Positions 63,411 to 64,000 of a DNA stretch of 64,000 nucleotides are shown piece after piece; position 1 is the stretch's first letter; every line of letters begins with the position of its first letter. The notes under the pieces were generated by a model that was not told the DNA's origin, did not search any database, and saw only the letters and a list, made by a program, of their open reading frames with translations. The position numbers and the translations under genes are program-made. Origin of the DNA: Phoronis australis (lineage: Eukaryota; Animalia; Phoronida); contig NMRA01000064.1 of NCBI GenBank assembly GCA_002633005.1, forward strand, positions 752,360 through 816,359, given 5' to 3'.

Positions 63411-64000
63411 TAAAGGTGCAATCGTAGCCAAAAGAAAAACTACATGAATCAAAAATTCTTATTTAAGAAGACGTACGTCGATACAATAGCAGCGAGGGGA
63501 GCAATTGCCCTCGGAACAAACGTAGGAAGGCGCCGACGTGCTGTCCGGAGACCTCAGCAGTGGACAAAGAGCGACGGAAGGTTGTCTTTAATGAGGGGGC
63601 GAAGAAAATGTGAGTGCATCCCCTGTCGATATCAGTTGCTGTCTTCCCCCCGCGCGGCCACGTACCAGTATCGTCCTCTGTGATTCTAATTTCCCACCCA
63701 CCGGTCATCACGAAGTTTCGACCTCACTAAGGCTTCATTAACTAACTTCAAAGTAGGCAGATCTGTCGCTCGTCGTTTGTCTTTTGAATGAAGTCTTAGA
63801 GGGAGCGCATATTTTTGTGGTTGCTTTAGAGAGCGCAGCTCCCCTACTGATCTTTCAATTCAACTTTAATTCAATGTGGTTTATATTGTTTTCAATTAAG
63901 GAAATTTGGGCAAGGATTTTGGCCGTCAGACATTTGCATCCCCCGAACTGCCAAATGGAATCTGGGAGAATTTTAGGGGGTATATCCCCCTGCCCCCCCC

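Overview
Eukaryotic, AT-rich, intron- and repeat-rich genomic DNA from a scaffolded draft assembly (two N gaps, three single-N joins). Gene content suggests a marine invertebrate, plausibly a mollusc; this is inference. The main feature is a 25-exon + strand gene (28611-53375) spliced by hand with consistent GT-AG sites and phases into a ~1192-aa ORF. Its domain order is: N-terminal leader, complete expansin-like module (DPBB + CBM63), S/T/P linker, GH18 chitinase, S/T linker, GH18 chitinase, Gly linker, two unfamiliar 6-Cys modules, GPI-type hydrophobic tail. Two internal duplications (32921-37351 and 41282-49203) sit on assembly gaps and are probably uncollapsed haplotypes, so two GH18 domains are more likely than three. 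The window also holds the last three exons of a PMP22/claudin-family gene, a small intronless secreted PAN/apple-domain gene (- strand), two tRNA-Leu genes (UAG and AAG), decayed CR1/L2-type LINE pieces, minisatellites and many MITEs. One ~0.7-kb element with 9-bp TSDs has inserted in antisense into a copy of itself. No CRISPR or prokaryotic features are present. All domain calls come from reading motifs by eye; no searches were run.
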